From: an uncultured Desulfobulbaceae bacterium
Lineage (GTDB): Bacteria > Desulfobacterota > Desulfobulbia > Desulfobulbales > Desulfocapsaceae
Direction of reading: 5' to 3'
Assembly (NCBI GenBank): GCA_903887485.1
Contig: CAISPV010000043.1
Location: 33,628-97,627 of the forward strand
DNA length: 64,000 bases
Numbering within the stretch: position 1 is the stretch's first letter; every line of letters starts with the position of its first letter. Position numbers and translations under genes: made by a program. Shown here in pieces: positions 38,525-48,779 of this stretch. The notes beneath the pieces were generated by a model, which had not been told where the DNA came from, did no database searches, and saw only the letters and a program-made list of their open reading frames with translations.

Positions 38525-40225
38525 ATGGAACCCGTCATTACCGTCCTGCACGCTGAAGCTGACCCCCTGCTGCGCCACTCAACAGCCCAGTACCTGAATA
38601 CTCTGGGCTTCCAGGCGCTGGAGGCCGAAAACGGCCTGGAGGCCTGGGAGATCTTCCAGCGAGAAAGGCCTGATCTGGTGCTCACCGATCTGCGCATGCC
38701 GGTGATGGATGGTTTTGAGTTATTAACCAGGGTCATAGCCGAGTCACCCGACACACCCTTACTCATCCTTTCCGGGGTGGGAACCATGATCGATGTCATC
38801 GAGGCCCTGCACCTTGGCGCCTGGGACTATCTCACTAAACCGATAACAGAGACGAGTATCCTGTCGTATGCCGTGAACAAGGCCCTGGAACGATCAAAGA
38901 TGCTGCGTGATTCTCGTAATTATCAGCAGTTACTGGAACAAACAGTCCGGAACAGGACGCAAAAGCTGGAGGACGAGCTTGAGGAACGAAAAAAGATTGA
39001 GCGGCTGATTATCAGGGCCAAACAGGAATGGGAACGGACCATGGATGCCATGCCGGATCTGATCGCCCTGCTCGATATCAATCAGCGGATGATCCGGGTC
39101 AACAGACCCATGGCTGCGGCCATGGGTCTCACGCCGGCAGAAGCAGTGGGGCAGAAATGTTATTATTGCGTCCATAGCAAGAGATGCCCACCTGAACATT
39201 GCCCCCATATTCAGATGCTGGCCGATGGCCAGTCACACACGATCGAGATGGACGAAGAACGCTTAGGCGGCACCTTCAAGGTTATCGTTGTGCCGCGCTA
39301 TGATTTCGACAATACGACCCTGATCGGCTCAATCCATATTATCAGGGATATCACGGCCCGCAAAGAGGCTGAAAAAGAGCAGAACAAACTCCTGTCCCAA
39401 TTGCTCCATGCCCGGAAACTGGAATCCATGGGCCAACTGGCTGCCGGTATCGCCCATGAGATCAACATACCCGTTCAGGATGTCGGCACCAATATTGATT
39501 TTCTGGATGAGGCCTTTCGCGATATCAGCAAATTGATGGACCAATTGCAGACGCTGCTGCATGACGAAGAGGATGGCATCCTGGCTCCGCAACAGTTCAC
39601 AAATGCGCGTCAGGCCCTGGATGAGAGCGACTGGGAATACCTGTCGGCCGAGCTCCCCAGTGCCATAAGTCAATCACGGGATGGGCTAGAACGGGTTACG
39701 TCTATTGTCCGGGCCATGAAGAGATTTTCCCATCCCGGCAGCAAGGACAAGGTAACGGTCAATCTGAACGATATCATCCAAACAACTATCATTACCGCCA
39801 GTAATAAATGGCAACATGTGGCAGAAATCGAAACCGATCTTGATCCAGCCCTGCCCTCGATCCCATGTCTTGCCGATGAACTGGGCCAGGTTATCCTCAA
39901 TATGCTGGTGAACGCCGCCCATGCCATTGGCGAGAAACTGGGCGACAACCCGGGAAGACGCAAGGGGATGATTACCCTGGCAACCAGGCAGGAAGAAAGA
40001 TGGGTGGAACTGCGCATCAGCGACACCGGTTCCGGTATCCCCGAAACAATCCGACTACGGATCTTTGATCCCTTCTTCACCACCAAACAGGTGGGCAAGG
40101 TCACCGGTCAGGGCCTGGCCATTGTCCATGACGTAATCACCGGCAAACACCAGGGAACCATTGCCCTTGCATCTGAAGTCGGGCTTGGCACCACCTTTAT
40201 CATTCGCCTGCCCCAGGATGGTTGA
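38525..40225 (+). CDS. Response-regulator receiver / PAS / histidine kinase fusion protein
   Basis: REC motif 'DLVLTDLRMPVMDGFE'. PAS with 'GQKCYYCVHSKRCPPEHCPH'. H-box 'AAGIAHEINIPV'. ATPase motifs 'SDTGSGI' and 'GQGLA'. Confidence 0.85.
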   Translation: MEPVITVLHAEADPLLRHSTAQYLNTLGFQALEAENGLEAWEIFQRERPDLVLTDLRMPVMDGFELLTRVIAESPDTPLLILSGVGTMIDVIEALHLGAWDYLTKPITETSILSYAVNKALERSKMLRDSRNYQQLLEQTVRNRTQKLEDELEERKKIERLIIRAKQEWERTMDAMPDLIALLDINQRMIRVNRPMAAAMGLTPAEAVGQKCYYCVHSKRCPPEHCPHIQMLADGQSHTIEMDEERLGGTFKVIVVPRYDFDNTTLIGSIHIIRDITARKEAEKEQNKLLSQLLHARKLESMGQLAAGIAHEINIPVQDVGTNIDFLDEAFRDISKLMDQLQTLLHDEEDGILAPQQFTNARQALDESDWEYLSAELPSAISQSRDGLERVTSIVRAMKRFSHPGSKDKVTVNLNDIIQTTIITASNKWQHVAEIETDLDPALPSIPCLADELGQVILNMLVNAAHAIGEKLGDNPGRRKGMITLATRQEERWVELRISDTGSGIPETIRLRIFDPFFTTKQVGKVTGQGLAIVHDVITGKHQGTIALASEVGLGTTFIIRLPQDG

Positions 40226-40231
40226 GATATA

Positions 40232-42223
40232 ATGAAAAAAACAAAAAACCTCCTTCGCTACCTTCTCTTTTTTGCAGTCATTCAGGCCATAACCCTTTCC
40301 TCGCTGTACCTGTTCAAAGGACAGGAACTTGGTTCGTTTATGACGGCACGTCAGACTGAGATCAGAGGCCAATATACCCTGATAACCCGTGCCTACCAGC
40401 AGCGTATGAAGATGGCCTATGAAAGACTCAGCACTCCCAAGGTGCTCACCCTCATGGAGCAGGCATCGGTTGCCGATAAAGAAGAACGAAGCAGGTTACG
40501 CCAGGAGCTCTACAGCACGATGCTCCCTTTGTACCAGCATCTGCTGAAAAATAATTTCCGGCAGATTCACTTTCACTTTACTGACGGGACCAGCTTCCTG
40601 CGCATGCACCAGCCACAACTCTTTGGCGACCAACTGGCCGGAATCCGCCCCTCCGTCATGCTGGTCAATAGCACCCAAAAGGCGGTTTCCGGCTATGAAA
40701 TGGGCCGACTCTGGCAGGCCTACCGTTCTGTCTTCCCTCTGTCCACCGCCGCCGGCCATCATCTTGGCTCGGTTGAGATCGGCCTCCCCTTTTCCACCCT
40801 TCTCAATGATCTCATGGACAACTTTCCCGGCGAATATCGTTTTATTGTGGGCAAACAAATGGCCGCGGCGCATCTGGACGCCGCCGACCTGCGAGATCAC
40901 TTTACGGTCACCTCTTTTTCCGAGGCCTTTCTCTCGGAAGCAACAGACCAAAAGGCTATCGAGGGCCATACCCACCCTGGGGATCAGGGCCACATCAGTC
41001 AGGGGCAGTTAGACCAGATAAACCAGGCCCTGCAAAAGAGCCTTGCCAGACACCTCCCGGCCTACCAGACTGTTTCCCTGCCTCTCTTCCTGGCCGACCA
41101 GGCCTTCCTGCTTCATCTTCTGCCAATCCACGATATCGCCGGGGAGACGGCCGGCTACCTCATGGCCTATGAACAGAGCCCCACCCTGATGGCCATGCAA
41201 AGGCGTTATACCATCGGCTATCTCCTGGTCACAGCTTTTTCATTCCTGCTCATCGCCATACACTCCCTGTACACGACCAAACTTTTGCATCGGCTGCACC
41301 TGCAACAAAAACTCCAGCAGGAACTCAACGAATCCCATGCCGATCTTGATCAGATTTTCAATACTGCGGCAGACGGAATGCGGCTCATTAATCTTGAGTT
41401 CGAGATCAAACGCGCCAACAACACCTTTGTCGATCTTGTCCATCTCCCTCTGGATCACATTATTGGCAAAAAGTGCTATGATATTTTCCCCGGTTCCGAT
41501 TGCCATACCGACAACTGTCCCTTACGTCTGATCAGTAAAGGGCATGATCATATCGAGCATGACGCAGAAAAGGCCCGGCCCGATGGAACCACATTAGCCT
41601 GTATGGTGACGGCCACCCCTTTTTACAATGGCAGCGGTGAATTATCAGGGATTATAGAGGACTTCCGCGATATCTCCGAGCGGAAACGGATGGAGCAGCA
41701 ACTCCAGGCCCTGTCCATAACCGATGAGCTCACCGGACTGTGCAACCGCCGCGGCTTCATGAACCTTGCCGAGCAGCAGCTCAGCTATGTGGAACGCGCC
41801 GGTGGCGAGGTCTTTATTATCTTCGCCGACCTCGACAACATGAAATGGATCAACGATACGCTGGGCCATGAGGCAGGAGACAAGGCCCTGGTCTTAACCG
41901 CCAGACTCCTGCGCGCAACGGTCAGGGACACCGATATTGTCGGACGCATGGGCGGGGATGAATTTGCGATCCTGCTCACCTCCGTGTCAAGCAGTGATTC
42001 GGAACCCATCCTGCTGGCCAGACTGGAACAGGAACTTGCCAAGATCAACAATGACCTCCCCCAGCAACAACAGATCTCCATCAGTTTTGGTATTGCCCAT
42101 GATCCGGGAGGCGCCTCTCTGGATGAGCTTCTGGTGCTGGCAGACGCCAGGATGTATGCGGTAAAGAGCAAGAGGAAGGCTGCAGCCACCGCCCAATCAA
42201 CGGAGCCGGAAGTAGCCGGTTAA
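40232..42223 (+). CDS. Diguanylate cyclase with a membrane-flanked extracytoplasmic sensor, PAS and GGDEF domains
   Basis: An N-terminal TM, a roughly 270-aa sensor region and a second TM. PAS with 'GKKCYDIFPGSDCHTDNCP'. GGDEF motif 'RMGGDEFAIL'. Confidence 0.85.
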   Translation: MKKTKNLLRYLLFFAVIQAITLSSLYLFKGQELGSFMTARQTEIRGQYTLITRAYQQRMKMAYERLSTPKVLTLMEQASVADKEERSRLRQELYSTMLPLYQHLLKNNFRQIHFHFTDGTSFLRMHQPQLFGDQLAGIRPSVMLVNSTQKAVSGYEMGRLWQAYRSVFPLSTAAGHHLGSVEIGLPFSTLLNDLMDNFPGEYRFIVGKQMAAAHLDAADLRDHFTVTSFSEAFLSEATDQKAIEGHTHPGDQGHISQGQLDQINQALQKSLARHLPAYQTVSLPLFLADQAFLLHLLPIHDIAGETAGYLMAYEQSPTLMAMQRRYTIGYLLVTAFSFLLIAIHSLYTTKLLHRLHLQQKLQQELNESHADLDQIFNTAADGMRLINLEFEIKRANNTFVDLVHLPLDHIIGKKCYDIFPGSDCHTDNCPLRLISKGHDHIEHDAEKARPDGTTLACMVTATPFYNGSGELSGIIEDFRDISERKRMEQQLQALSITDELTGLCNRRGFMNLAEQQLSYVERAGGEVFIIFADLDNMKWINDTLGHEAGDKALVLTARLLRATVRDTDIVGRMGGDEFAILLTSVSSSDSEPILLARLEQELAKINNDLPQQQQISISFGIAHDPGGASLDELLVLADARMYAVKSKRKAAATAQSTEPEVAG

Positions 42224-42376
42224 AAATCGGCATAAATGAAATCCTGATCAGCACATATTTCCTTCTCCCTGAGGGAGAAGGTGGCCGACGGCCGGATGAG
42301 GGGGACAGCGGGGGATTAAATCAGGCCTTTCCCCCTCCCCCTCTCCCTGAGGGAGAGGGGGAGGGTGAGGGGGAGC
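42216..42376. repeat. GC-rich nested palindrome ('GEG' family), copy 3
   Basis: Starts with CCGGTTAAAAATCGG, overlapping the stop codon of the preceding gene. Hairpins are CCTTCTCCCTGAGGGAGAAGG and CTCTCCCTGAGGGAGAG, with GATGAGGGGGA / GGGTGAGGGGGAG blocks. Confidence 0.8.
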
Positions 42377-42451
42377 GCCTCCAAGAGTAAAAGAATATCC
42401 GACCATACACGCAAGTCTTGATTATTAGTCATCATCAAGAGGAAACCCATC

Positions 42452-45121
42452 ATGTCACCACAAGATCAATACACCATCTTGACCCATCTCACCGATAGTG
42501 TCCTTATTATCGATCAAGACTACACCATTGTCTTTGCCAATCAGCCTTTCTGCGATCTGTGCGCCTCCACCCATGAGAAGATCATGGGCCAAAAATGTTA
42601 TGAGATCCTGCATCATTCCCCTTTTCCCTGTGCCAATAACGGCTTCCCCGAGCAACAGTGCGTCCACCGCCAGGTCTTTGCCACCGGCCTCCCCGTTGTC
42701 GTGCATCACTCTCACACCCTGACCGATGGTTCAAAGAAATTTTTGCAGATCTCCGCCTCTCCCCTGCAGGATGCAGAGGGGAAGGTTATCAGGATTATGA
42801 ATGTCATCAAGGATCTTACCAGAGAGAAAGAGCTGCAGGACTTCCTCTCTGCCACCCTTATCGAACATGAGACCATACTGAACAATGCCCCTTATTACCT
42901 CTCCTATGTGGACCGGGAGATGCGAATAATAAAAATAGCTTCTCTCATGGAACAGCTCATCGGTAGGAAATCCGAGGAAGTGAAGGGCAGGCACTGTTAT
43001 GAAGTCTGGGGCCAGTATGCTGATAACCCCGGCAAAAGAGGAAGAGAGAAGATCTGTGATGCCTGCAAGGTGCAATATACGGTGGCCGACGGCCATAAGT
43101 ATAACTATGAAAGACAGATCGGGGACAAATATATTTCGGTAACATCAAGCCCGGTGAAGAACAAGGAAGGAGACATTGTCGGAGCGCTGGAGTGCGGGGT
43201 CGATATTACCGAACGGAAAAAAGCTGAGCTGGCCCTGCAGAAAAGCGAAACCCGGTATGCAGCCCTCTTTAACGATAATCCCAATATCATGTTGCTGATT
43301 GATCCCAAGACGGCCGAATTCCTGGACGCCAACCCCACAGCCTGTTCCTTCTATGGCTACGCCCGGCAGGAATGGCCGGGGATGAAGGTCGCGGATATCA
43401 ACGTGCTCACCCCGGAGGAGATCCGGGAAAAGATGAGTCAGGTCCAGGCCAAGGGCAAAGGGACCTTTCGCCTTCAGCACCGGCTGAAAAGTGGCGAGGT
43501 GCGCGAGGTAGAACTCTATTCCGGGGCCCTCGTCATCGATGACCGTCAGGTTCTCTGCACGACAGTCCACGACATAACGGAGCGCCTGCGGGCGGAAAAA
43601 GAGGTTAGCAGGAGCAGAGAAGAATGGGAGAAAACATTTGACGCCCTCAGCGATATTGTCACTATCCAGGACAAGGAGATGCACATTATCCGGGCCAACA
43701 AGGCCGCCCACCAGTTTTTTCAGGCCAGGGAAGGAGAGCTGACCGGTCGACACTGTTACGAGCTCTTCCGGGGGGTGGCCACCCCCTGCCCGGACTGTCC
43801 GCTGTCTGCAACCATCCTGGATACAGGCAACCATTCCGGGACCATCACCCATGAAAAGTTAGGAAAGATCTTTCAGGTCTCCTGTGCCCCCATCCCTGAT
43901 GAAAGTGGCGAATTTCACCATCTGGTTCACATTGCCAGGGACATTACCGATCAGAAAAAAATGGAAGAAAATCTTTTTCAGGCCCAGAAGATGGAAGCCA
44001 TCGGCACCCTGGCTGGCGGTATCGCCCATGATTTCAATAATATCCTGTCAGTAATCCTGGGTTACTCGGAAATGGCACAACGCACACTGCCGCAAGGAAC
44101 AGCGGTACAAGAAAATATTAACCAGATCATAACCGCAGGACACCGGGCCAGCTCCCTTGTCCAGCAGATTCTCGACTTCAGCCGCAAGACAGAACAGTGC
44201 CTGCAACCAGTGCATCCGCATCTGATCGTGCAAGAGGCCTTGCAGATGCTGCGCGCAGCCCTGCCGACCACCATCGAAATCCGGGCAGATATTGATCCTG
44301 CCTGCGGAACCATCCTGGCTGATCCGACCAAGATCCATCAAGTTGTCATGAACCTGTGTACCAATGCCTTCCATGCCATGAAGAATGAAAAGGGGACCTT
44401 GCGGGTCGCCCTCCATCGTCAGGAAAGGGTAATGGAAGATTGTAAAAAAGACAGCGTGGCCATCGGCCCCTATATCGTTCTCTCGGTCAGCGACACCGGA
44501 CAGGGCATGGCCCCAGAGACAGCGGCCCACATCTTTGAGCCCTACTTTACCACCAAAGAGAGGGGCAGAGGGACTGGGCTCGGCCTGGCTGTTGTCCATG
44601 GAATCATCAAGGGCTGCAAAGGGTTTACCCAGGTGGAAAGCAAGCTTGGGCACGGATGCACGTTCCGTGTCTTTATCCCGGCCTTGGCAGAAAACAGCAC
44701 CATTGAGAAAAAACCAAAGCAACAGGAAGACTTGCCCACCGGCACCGAGCGGATTCTCGTCGTTGATGACGAGCCCCTGCTGGTCCATATCAGTTCAAGA
44801 CTCCTTGAAGATTATGGCTATACGGTCACCGGGGTCACTGACAGCAGAGAGGCCCTGGAAAAAGTACGGGCAGATCCACTACAGTTTGACCTGATTATTA
44901 CTGATCAGACCATGCCGGGTCTCTCCGGTTCTGAACTGACCCAGGCCGTACTGGAGATTGCCCCGCGCATGCCGATCATCCTCTGCACCGGGCACAGTGA
45001 GATGACCTCAGCAACAGATGCCCTGGCCATGGGTATCAAGAAATATCTCGGTAAACCGATCCATGGCGACGAACTTGCCAGGACAGTCAGAATGGTCTTG
45101 GATGAACAAAAGAAATTGTAA
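42452..45121 (+). CDS. Hybrid sensor histidine kinase (multiple PAS - HisKA - HATPase - REC)
   Basis: About four PAS modules. H-box 'AGGIAHDFNNIL'. ATPase motifs 'SDTGQGM' and 'GTGLGLA'. C-terminal REC motifs 'ILVVDDEPLL' and 'DLIITDQTMPGLSG'. Confidence 0.88.
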   Translation: MSPQDQYTILTHLTDSVLIIDQDYTIVFANQPFCDLCASTHEKIMGQKCYEILHHSPFPCANNGFPEQQCVHRQVFATGLPVVVHHSHTLTDGSKKFLQISASPLQDAEGKVIRIMNVIKDLTREKELQDFLSATLIEHETILNNAPYYLSYVDREMRIIKIASLMEQLIGRKSEEVKGRHCYEVWGQYADNPGKRGREKICDACKVQYTVADGHKYNYERQIGDKYISVTSSPVKNKEGDIVGALECGVDITERKKAELALQKSETRYAALFNDNPNIMLLIDPKTAEFLDANPTACSFYGYARQEWPGMKVADINVLTPEEIREKMSQVQAKGKGTFRLQHRLKSGEVREVELYSGALVIDDRQVLCTTVHDITERLRAEKEVSRSREEWEKTFDALSDIVTIQDKEMHIIRANKAAHQFFQAREGELTGRHCYELFRGVATPCPDCPLSATILDTGNHSGTITHEKLGKIFQVSCAPIPDESGEFHHLVHIARDITDQKKMEENLFQAQKMEAIGTLAGGIAHDFNNILSVILGYSEMAQRTLPQGTAVQENINQIITAGHRASSLVQQILDFSRKTEQCLQPVHPHLIVQEALQMLRAALPTTIEIRADIDPACGTILADPTKIHQVVMNLCTNAFHAMKNEKGTLRVALHRQERVMEDCKKDSVAIGPYIVLSVSDTGQGMAPETAAHIFEPYFTTKERGRGTGLGLAVVHGIIKGCKGFTQVESKLGHGCTFRVFIPALAENSTIEKKPKQQEDLPTGTERILVVDDEPLLVHISSRLLEDYGYTVTGVTDSREALEKVRADPLQFDLIITDQTMPGLSGSELTQAVLEIAPRMPIILCTGHSEMTSATDALAMGIKKYLGKPIHGDELARTVRMVLDEQKKL

Positions 45122-45178
45122 TTATGCAGAGTAAGCGCCGCTGAGAAGAAAAGCTCGACATCTACAGGAGAGACACCA

Positions 45179-46459
45179 ATGCAACCAGTCATCACTTCGC
45201 TATCCGCTTTAGAAATTCTTGATTCCCGGGGCAATCCCACCATTCGCGTCCTGTGCGCCCTCAACAATGGCGTCCAGGTCTCGGCCTCTGTTCCTTCCGG
45301 GGCCTCAACCGGGGAACATGAAGCAGTGGAACTGCGTGATGGCGACAAAAAACGGTACAACGGCAAGGGCGTCCTCCAGGCGGTGGCCAACGTCAATACC
45401 CACATCGCCCAGGCGCTTATTGGCCTGAACCCTGCCCGCCAGGCCGATATTGACCGCCTGATGATTGACCTTGACGCCACTCCCAACAAGGGGAAGCTGG
45501 GGGCCAACGCCATCCTCGGGGTGTCCATGGCCGTGACCAAGGCGGCGGCGGCGGTTTCAGGGCTGCCCCTGTATGCCTATCTGGGCGGCCCCGGCGCGCT
45601 CCGCCTGCCCGTGCCGATGATGAACATCATCAATGGCGGCAAACATGCGGACAACAGTGTCGATTTTCAGGAATTCATGATCATGCCCATCGGCGCCCCG
45701 ACCTTTGCCGAGGCCCTGCGGTATGGTGCCGAAACCTTTCACGTCCTCAAAAAAATTCTGCAACAAAAGGGCTACGCCACCAGTGTTGGCGATGAAGGAG
45801 GATTCGCGCCGAACCTGAAGAGCAATGATGAGGCCTGCGAGTTGATCATTGATGCCATTGAGGCTGCCGGATACCGACCCGGCATTGATCTGGCCATTGC
45901 TCTCGATCCGGCCGCCAGTTCATTTTTCGCAGACGGCGCCTACCAGCTTGAGAAGTCCGGTCAGGGCACAAAGAGCAGCGGTGAGATGACCCGGCTCTAC
46001 GGCCAGTGGCTTGCCGCGTATCCCATTATTTCCATTGAAGATGGTCTGGCCGAAAATGACTGGCAGGGATTTGCGGCACATACCGCCGCCCTTGGCGATA
46101 AAATCCAGATCGTGGGGGATGACCTCTTCGTCACCAATACCCGCTTTATTGCCCGCGGCATTGAGGAACAATCCGCCAATGCGGTACTGATCAAACTCAA
46201 CCAGATCGGCACCGTCACCGAGACCATGGAGGCCATCCACCTCTGCCGTCAGGCCGGCTGGGGATATGTGATCTCGCACCGTAGCGGCGAGACCGAGGAT
46301 ACCTTTATGGCTGATTTTGCCGTGGCCATGGGCGGCGGCCAGATCAAAAGCGGGTCGGCATGTCGTAGTGAGAGGATTGCCAAATACAACCGACTATTGG
46401 AAATTGAACGGGAGCTGGGGGCGGCAGCGGTATTTGAGAATCCGCTGGGTAAAAAATAG
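45179..46459 (+). CDS. eno: Enolase (phosphopyruvate hydratase)
   Basis: '[15 protein letters not shown]' and '[18 protein letters not shown]'. Length is 426 aa. Confidence 0.95.
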   Translation: MQPVITSLSALEILDSRGNPTIRVLCALNNGVQVSASVPSGASTGEHEAVELRDGDKKRYNGKGVLQAVANVNTHIAQALIGLNPARQADIDRLMIDLDATPNKGKLGANAILGVSMAVTKAAAAVSGLPLYAYLGGPGALRLPVPMMNIINGGKHADNSVDFQEFMIMPIGAPTFAEALRYGAETFHVLKKILQQKGYATSVGDEGGFAPNLKSNDEACELIIDAIEAAGYRPGIDLAIALDPAASSFFADGAYQLEKSGQGTKSSGEMTRLYGQWLAAYPIISIEDGLAENDWQGFAAHTAALGDKIQIVGDDLFVTNTRFIARGIEEQSANAVLIKLNQIGTVTETMEAIHLCRQAGWGYVISHRSGETEDTFMADFAVAMGGGQIKSGSACRSERIAKYNRLLEIERELGAAAVFENPLGKK

Positions 46460-46554
46460 ACTGAAGGCTGAAGGCTGAAGACCGAAGGGGATTTCATGCA
46501 ACCCCTGCCATTTACCCCTACCTTCAGTCTTCAGTCTTCGGCCTTCAGCCTTCG
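46459..46554. repeat. Inverted arrays of the heptamer CTGAAGG forming a long hairpin; probable bidirectional terminator between convergent eno and hslU
   Basis: The left arm is CTGAAGG CTGAAGG CTGAAGA CCGAAGG. The right arm is CCTTCAG TCTTCAG TCTTCGG CCTTCAG CCTTCG. The element fills the whole eno-hslU gap. Confidence 0.75.
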
Positions 46555-46555
46555 T

Positions 46556-47965
46556 TTACAAAATAAACCGGCTCAGGTCCTGATCCTGGGCAATGGCCTC
46601 AAGCTGGTCGCGCACATATTCCGCACTGACCACAAATTGTCCCGCGCCTCGTTCCGAGGCATCATAGGAGAGCTCATCCAGCACCCGCTCCATGACCGTA
46701 TGCAGCCGCCGGGCCCCGATCTCCTCAGTGTTCTGATTCACCTCCACCGAAATCCTCGCCATTTCCTGGATGGCATCCGGTTCAAAAACCAGCTCCACCC
46801 CCTCGGTCGCCATCAGGGCGATGTATTGCTTGACCAGGGCATTCTCCGGCTCAGTGAGGATGCGGACGAACTCGTCCCGGCCAAGAGAGTGCAGTTCCAC
46901 CCGGATCGGGAAACGGCCCTGCAACTCAGGGATCAGATCAGAGGGTTTGCTGATATGAAAGGCGCCGCTGGCAATAAAGAGGATATGATCCGTCTTGACC
47001 ATGCCGTGCTTGGTAGTCACGGTTGACCCTTCAACAATGGGCAGCAGGTCCCGCTGCACCCCTTCGCGGGAGACCTCCGGCCCATGACCGCCTGAACCCC
47101 TGGACACGATCTTGTCAATCTCATCAAGAAAGATGATCCCTGACTCCTCGGTACGGCGCAGGGCCTCTTTCATCACCTTGTCCATATCGACCAGACGCTC
47201 CATCTCCTCTTTGATCAGGGCCTTCATCGCCTCCGGAACTTTCAGCTTCCGTTTCTTTTTCTTCTGGGAAAAGATCTTGCTGAAGACATCCTGGAGGTTG
47301 GACTGCATATCCTCCATCCCGGAAATGCCCATTACCTCCACCATGGGCGCCCCGTGCGACTCAGCAAGATCAAGCTCCAGCTCGCGCTCGTCCAGCCTGC
47401 CATCACGCAGCATCTCCCGGAATTTCTCACGGGTGGAATCGCTCTCCCGGCGCCCGGCAGAAACCGCCAGTTCCGATTCGCCATCTCCCTGCAGCAGAAA
47501 AGAATGACTGCCGGTCGGGCCTTCATGCATGGATGCAGATAATGGCGGCAACAGGATATCAAGAATGCGCTCTTCGGCATTGGCCTCGGCCAAACCCTCT
47601 ATCCGCTCTTTTTCCTCCTCCTTGACCATGCTGATCGCAATCTCCAGCAGATCACGGATCATCGACTCCACATCCCGTCCCACATAGCCAACCTCGGTGA
47701 ATTTGGAGGCCTCAACCTTGAAAAACGGCGACTGGGCCAACGTGGCAAGACGCCGGGCAATCTCGGTCTTGCCCACCCCGGTAGGCCCGATCATGATGAT
47801 ATTCTTGGGGGCAATCTCCTCGCGCAGGGGAGACTCCACCTGCTGCCGCCGCCAGCGATTCCTGAGGGCAATGGCCACCGAACGCTTGGCGTCCGCCTGA
47901 CCGACAATATATTTATCGAGTTCGGTTACGATCTCTCTGGGGGTCAATGACTGTATGGGATTCAT
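46556..47965 (-). CDS. hslU: ATP-dependent protease ATPase subunit HslU
   Basis: '[34 protein letters not shown]', Walker A '[15 protein letters not shown]' and '[10 protein letters not shown]'. Confidence 0.95.
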   Translation of the reverse strand: MNPIQSLTPREIVTELDKYIVGQADAKRSVAIALRNRWRRQQVESPLREEIAPKNIIMIGPTGVGKTEIARRLATLAQSPFFKVEASKFTEVGYVGRDVESMIRDLLEIAISMVKEEEKERIEGLAEANAEERILDILLPPLSASMHEGPTGSHSFLLQGDGESELAVSAGRRESDSTREKFREMLRDGRLDERELELDLAESHGAPMVEVMGISGMEDMQSNLQDVFSKIFSQKKKKRKLKVPEAMKALIKEEMERLVDMDKVMKEALRRTEESGIIFLDEIDKIVSRGSGGHGPEVSREGVQRDLLPIVEGSTVTTKHGMVKTDHILFIASGAFHISKPSDLIPELQGRFPIRVELHSLGRDEFVRILTEPENALVKQYIALMATEGVELVFEPDAIQEMARISVEVNQNTEEIGARRLHTVMERVLDELSYDASERGAGQFVVSAEYVRDQLEAIAQDQDLSRFIL

Positions 47966-48005
47966 AGCTGATAGTTTTATAAAAAGTTATCCAAAGAATG
48001 GCTAA

Positions 48006-48112
48006 GCCACAAGGCCCAAAGACGAGGCGCACGAATCCTGAGGAATGAGGCGTACAATCAGTACGCCGCAGTGACGAAGGATGAGTGCAACGAAGTATTT
48101 GGGCCTTGTGGC
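48006..48112. repeat. Nested palindromic element occupying the hslV-hslU intercistronic spacer
   Basis: Perfect 15-bp arms GCCACAAGGCCCAAA (48006-48020) / TTTGGGCCTTGTGGC (48098-48112), enclosing an inner hairpin GGCGTAC-aatca-GTACGCC (48049-48067). Confidence 0.75.
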
Positions 48113-48119
48113 GACGCCA

Positions 48120-48650
48120 TCATATCTTTTCGACGATAATGGAATGATTGGTGAATACACAGATGGAGGCGGCAATATCCATGGAGGCGCGGCAGATGGC
48201 CTCGGCATCGAGATCACTGTGCCGGATCAGGGCCAGGGCCGCTGCCTGGGCATAAGGGCCGCCGGAACCAATAGCCAGCACCCCGTTATCCGCCTCAATG
48301 ACATCCCCGGTGCCGGTCAGAAGCAGGGAATACTGATCATCGACTGCCACCAGCATGGCCTCCAGTTTGCGCAGCATCTTGTCGGTGCGCCACTCCTTGG
48401 CCAGTTCAACTGCCGCTCGCATCAGATTGCCGTTATACTGCTCCAGCTTCTGCTCCAGTTTGTCAAAAAGGGTAAAGGCATCGGCCGTGGCCCCGGCAAA
48501 ACCGGTAATCACCTTGTCATGATAGAGACGCCGCACCTTGCGGGCCTCATGTTTCATGATCGTATTGCCCAAAGAGACCTGACCGTCACCGGCAAGGGCC
48601 ACCTGGCCTTTATGGCGAACGGCCAGGATTGTTGTTGATCGTATTTTCAT
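48120..48650 (-). CDS. hslV: ATP-dependent protease peptidase subunit HslV
   Basis: '[24 protein letters not shown]' (N-terminal Thr protease). Length is 176 aa. Confidence 0.95.
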   Translation of the reverse strand: MKIRSTTILAVRHKGQVALAGDGQVSLGNTIMKHEARKVRRLYHDKVITGFAGATADAFTLFDKLEQKLEQYNGNLMRAAVELAKEWRTDKMLRKLEAMLVAVDDQYSLLLTGTGDVIEADNGVLAIGSGGPYAQAAALALIRHSDLDAEAICRASMDIAASICVFTNHSIIVEKI

Positions 48651-48680
48651 GTTTGCGTATCCAGAATGATTAAATTTTTA

Positions 48681-48779
48681 GGTTGATAGACTGAAGGCTG
48701 AAGACTGAAGGAAAAGCTGTGCCTTCGGCCTTCCAGTCGGCGAACAGCCAGACGACCTTCAGTCTTCAGCCTATCAACC
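48681..48779. repeat. CTGAAGG-heptamer element with terminal inverted repeats, between xerC and hslV
   Basis: Left arm GGTTGATAGACTGAAGGCTGAAGACTGAAGG (48681-48711) versus right arm CCTTCAGTCTTCAGCCTATCAACC (48756-48779). The right arm overlaps the xerC stop codon. Confidence 0.75.

Noticed and set aside
30460-45121. The signalling cluster considered as a two-component-based anti-phage system (Detocs-like).
   Set aside because: No receiver-effector fusion with a nucleosidase, nuclease or other toxic domain is present. The outputs are LuxR HTH, GGDEF and HD-GYP, the composition is host-like, and the architecture fits ordinary environmental signalling.
46459-46554. The heptamer arrays considered as a CRISPR-like or other spacer-containing array.
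   Set aside because: The units are 7 nt and directly abutting, with no spacers. The arms are mutually inverted and no cas genes are nearby. They are hairpin-forming microsatellite-like repeats.
48081-48638. A 185-aa plus-strand ORF and the 71-aa ORF at 48002-48217.
   Set aside because: The first is antisense to hslV. The second is generated by the palindromic element in the hslV-hslU spacer.
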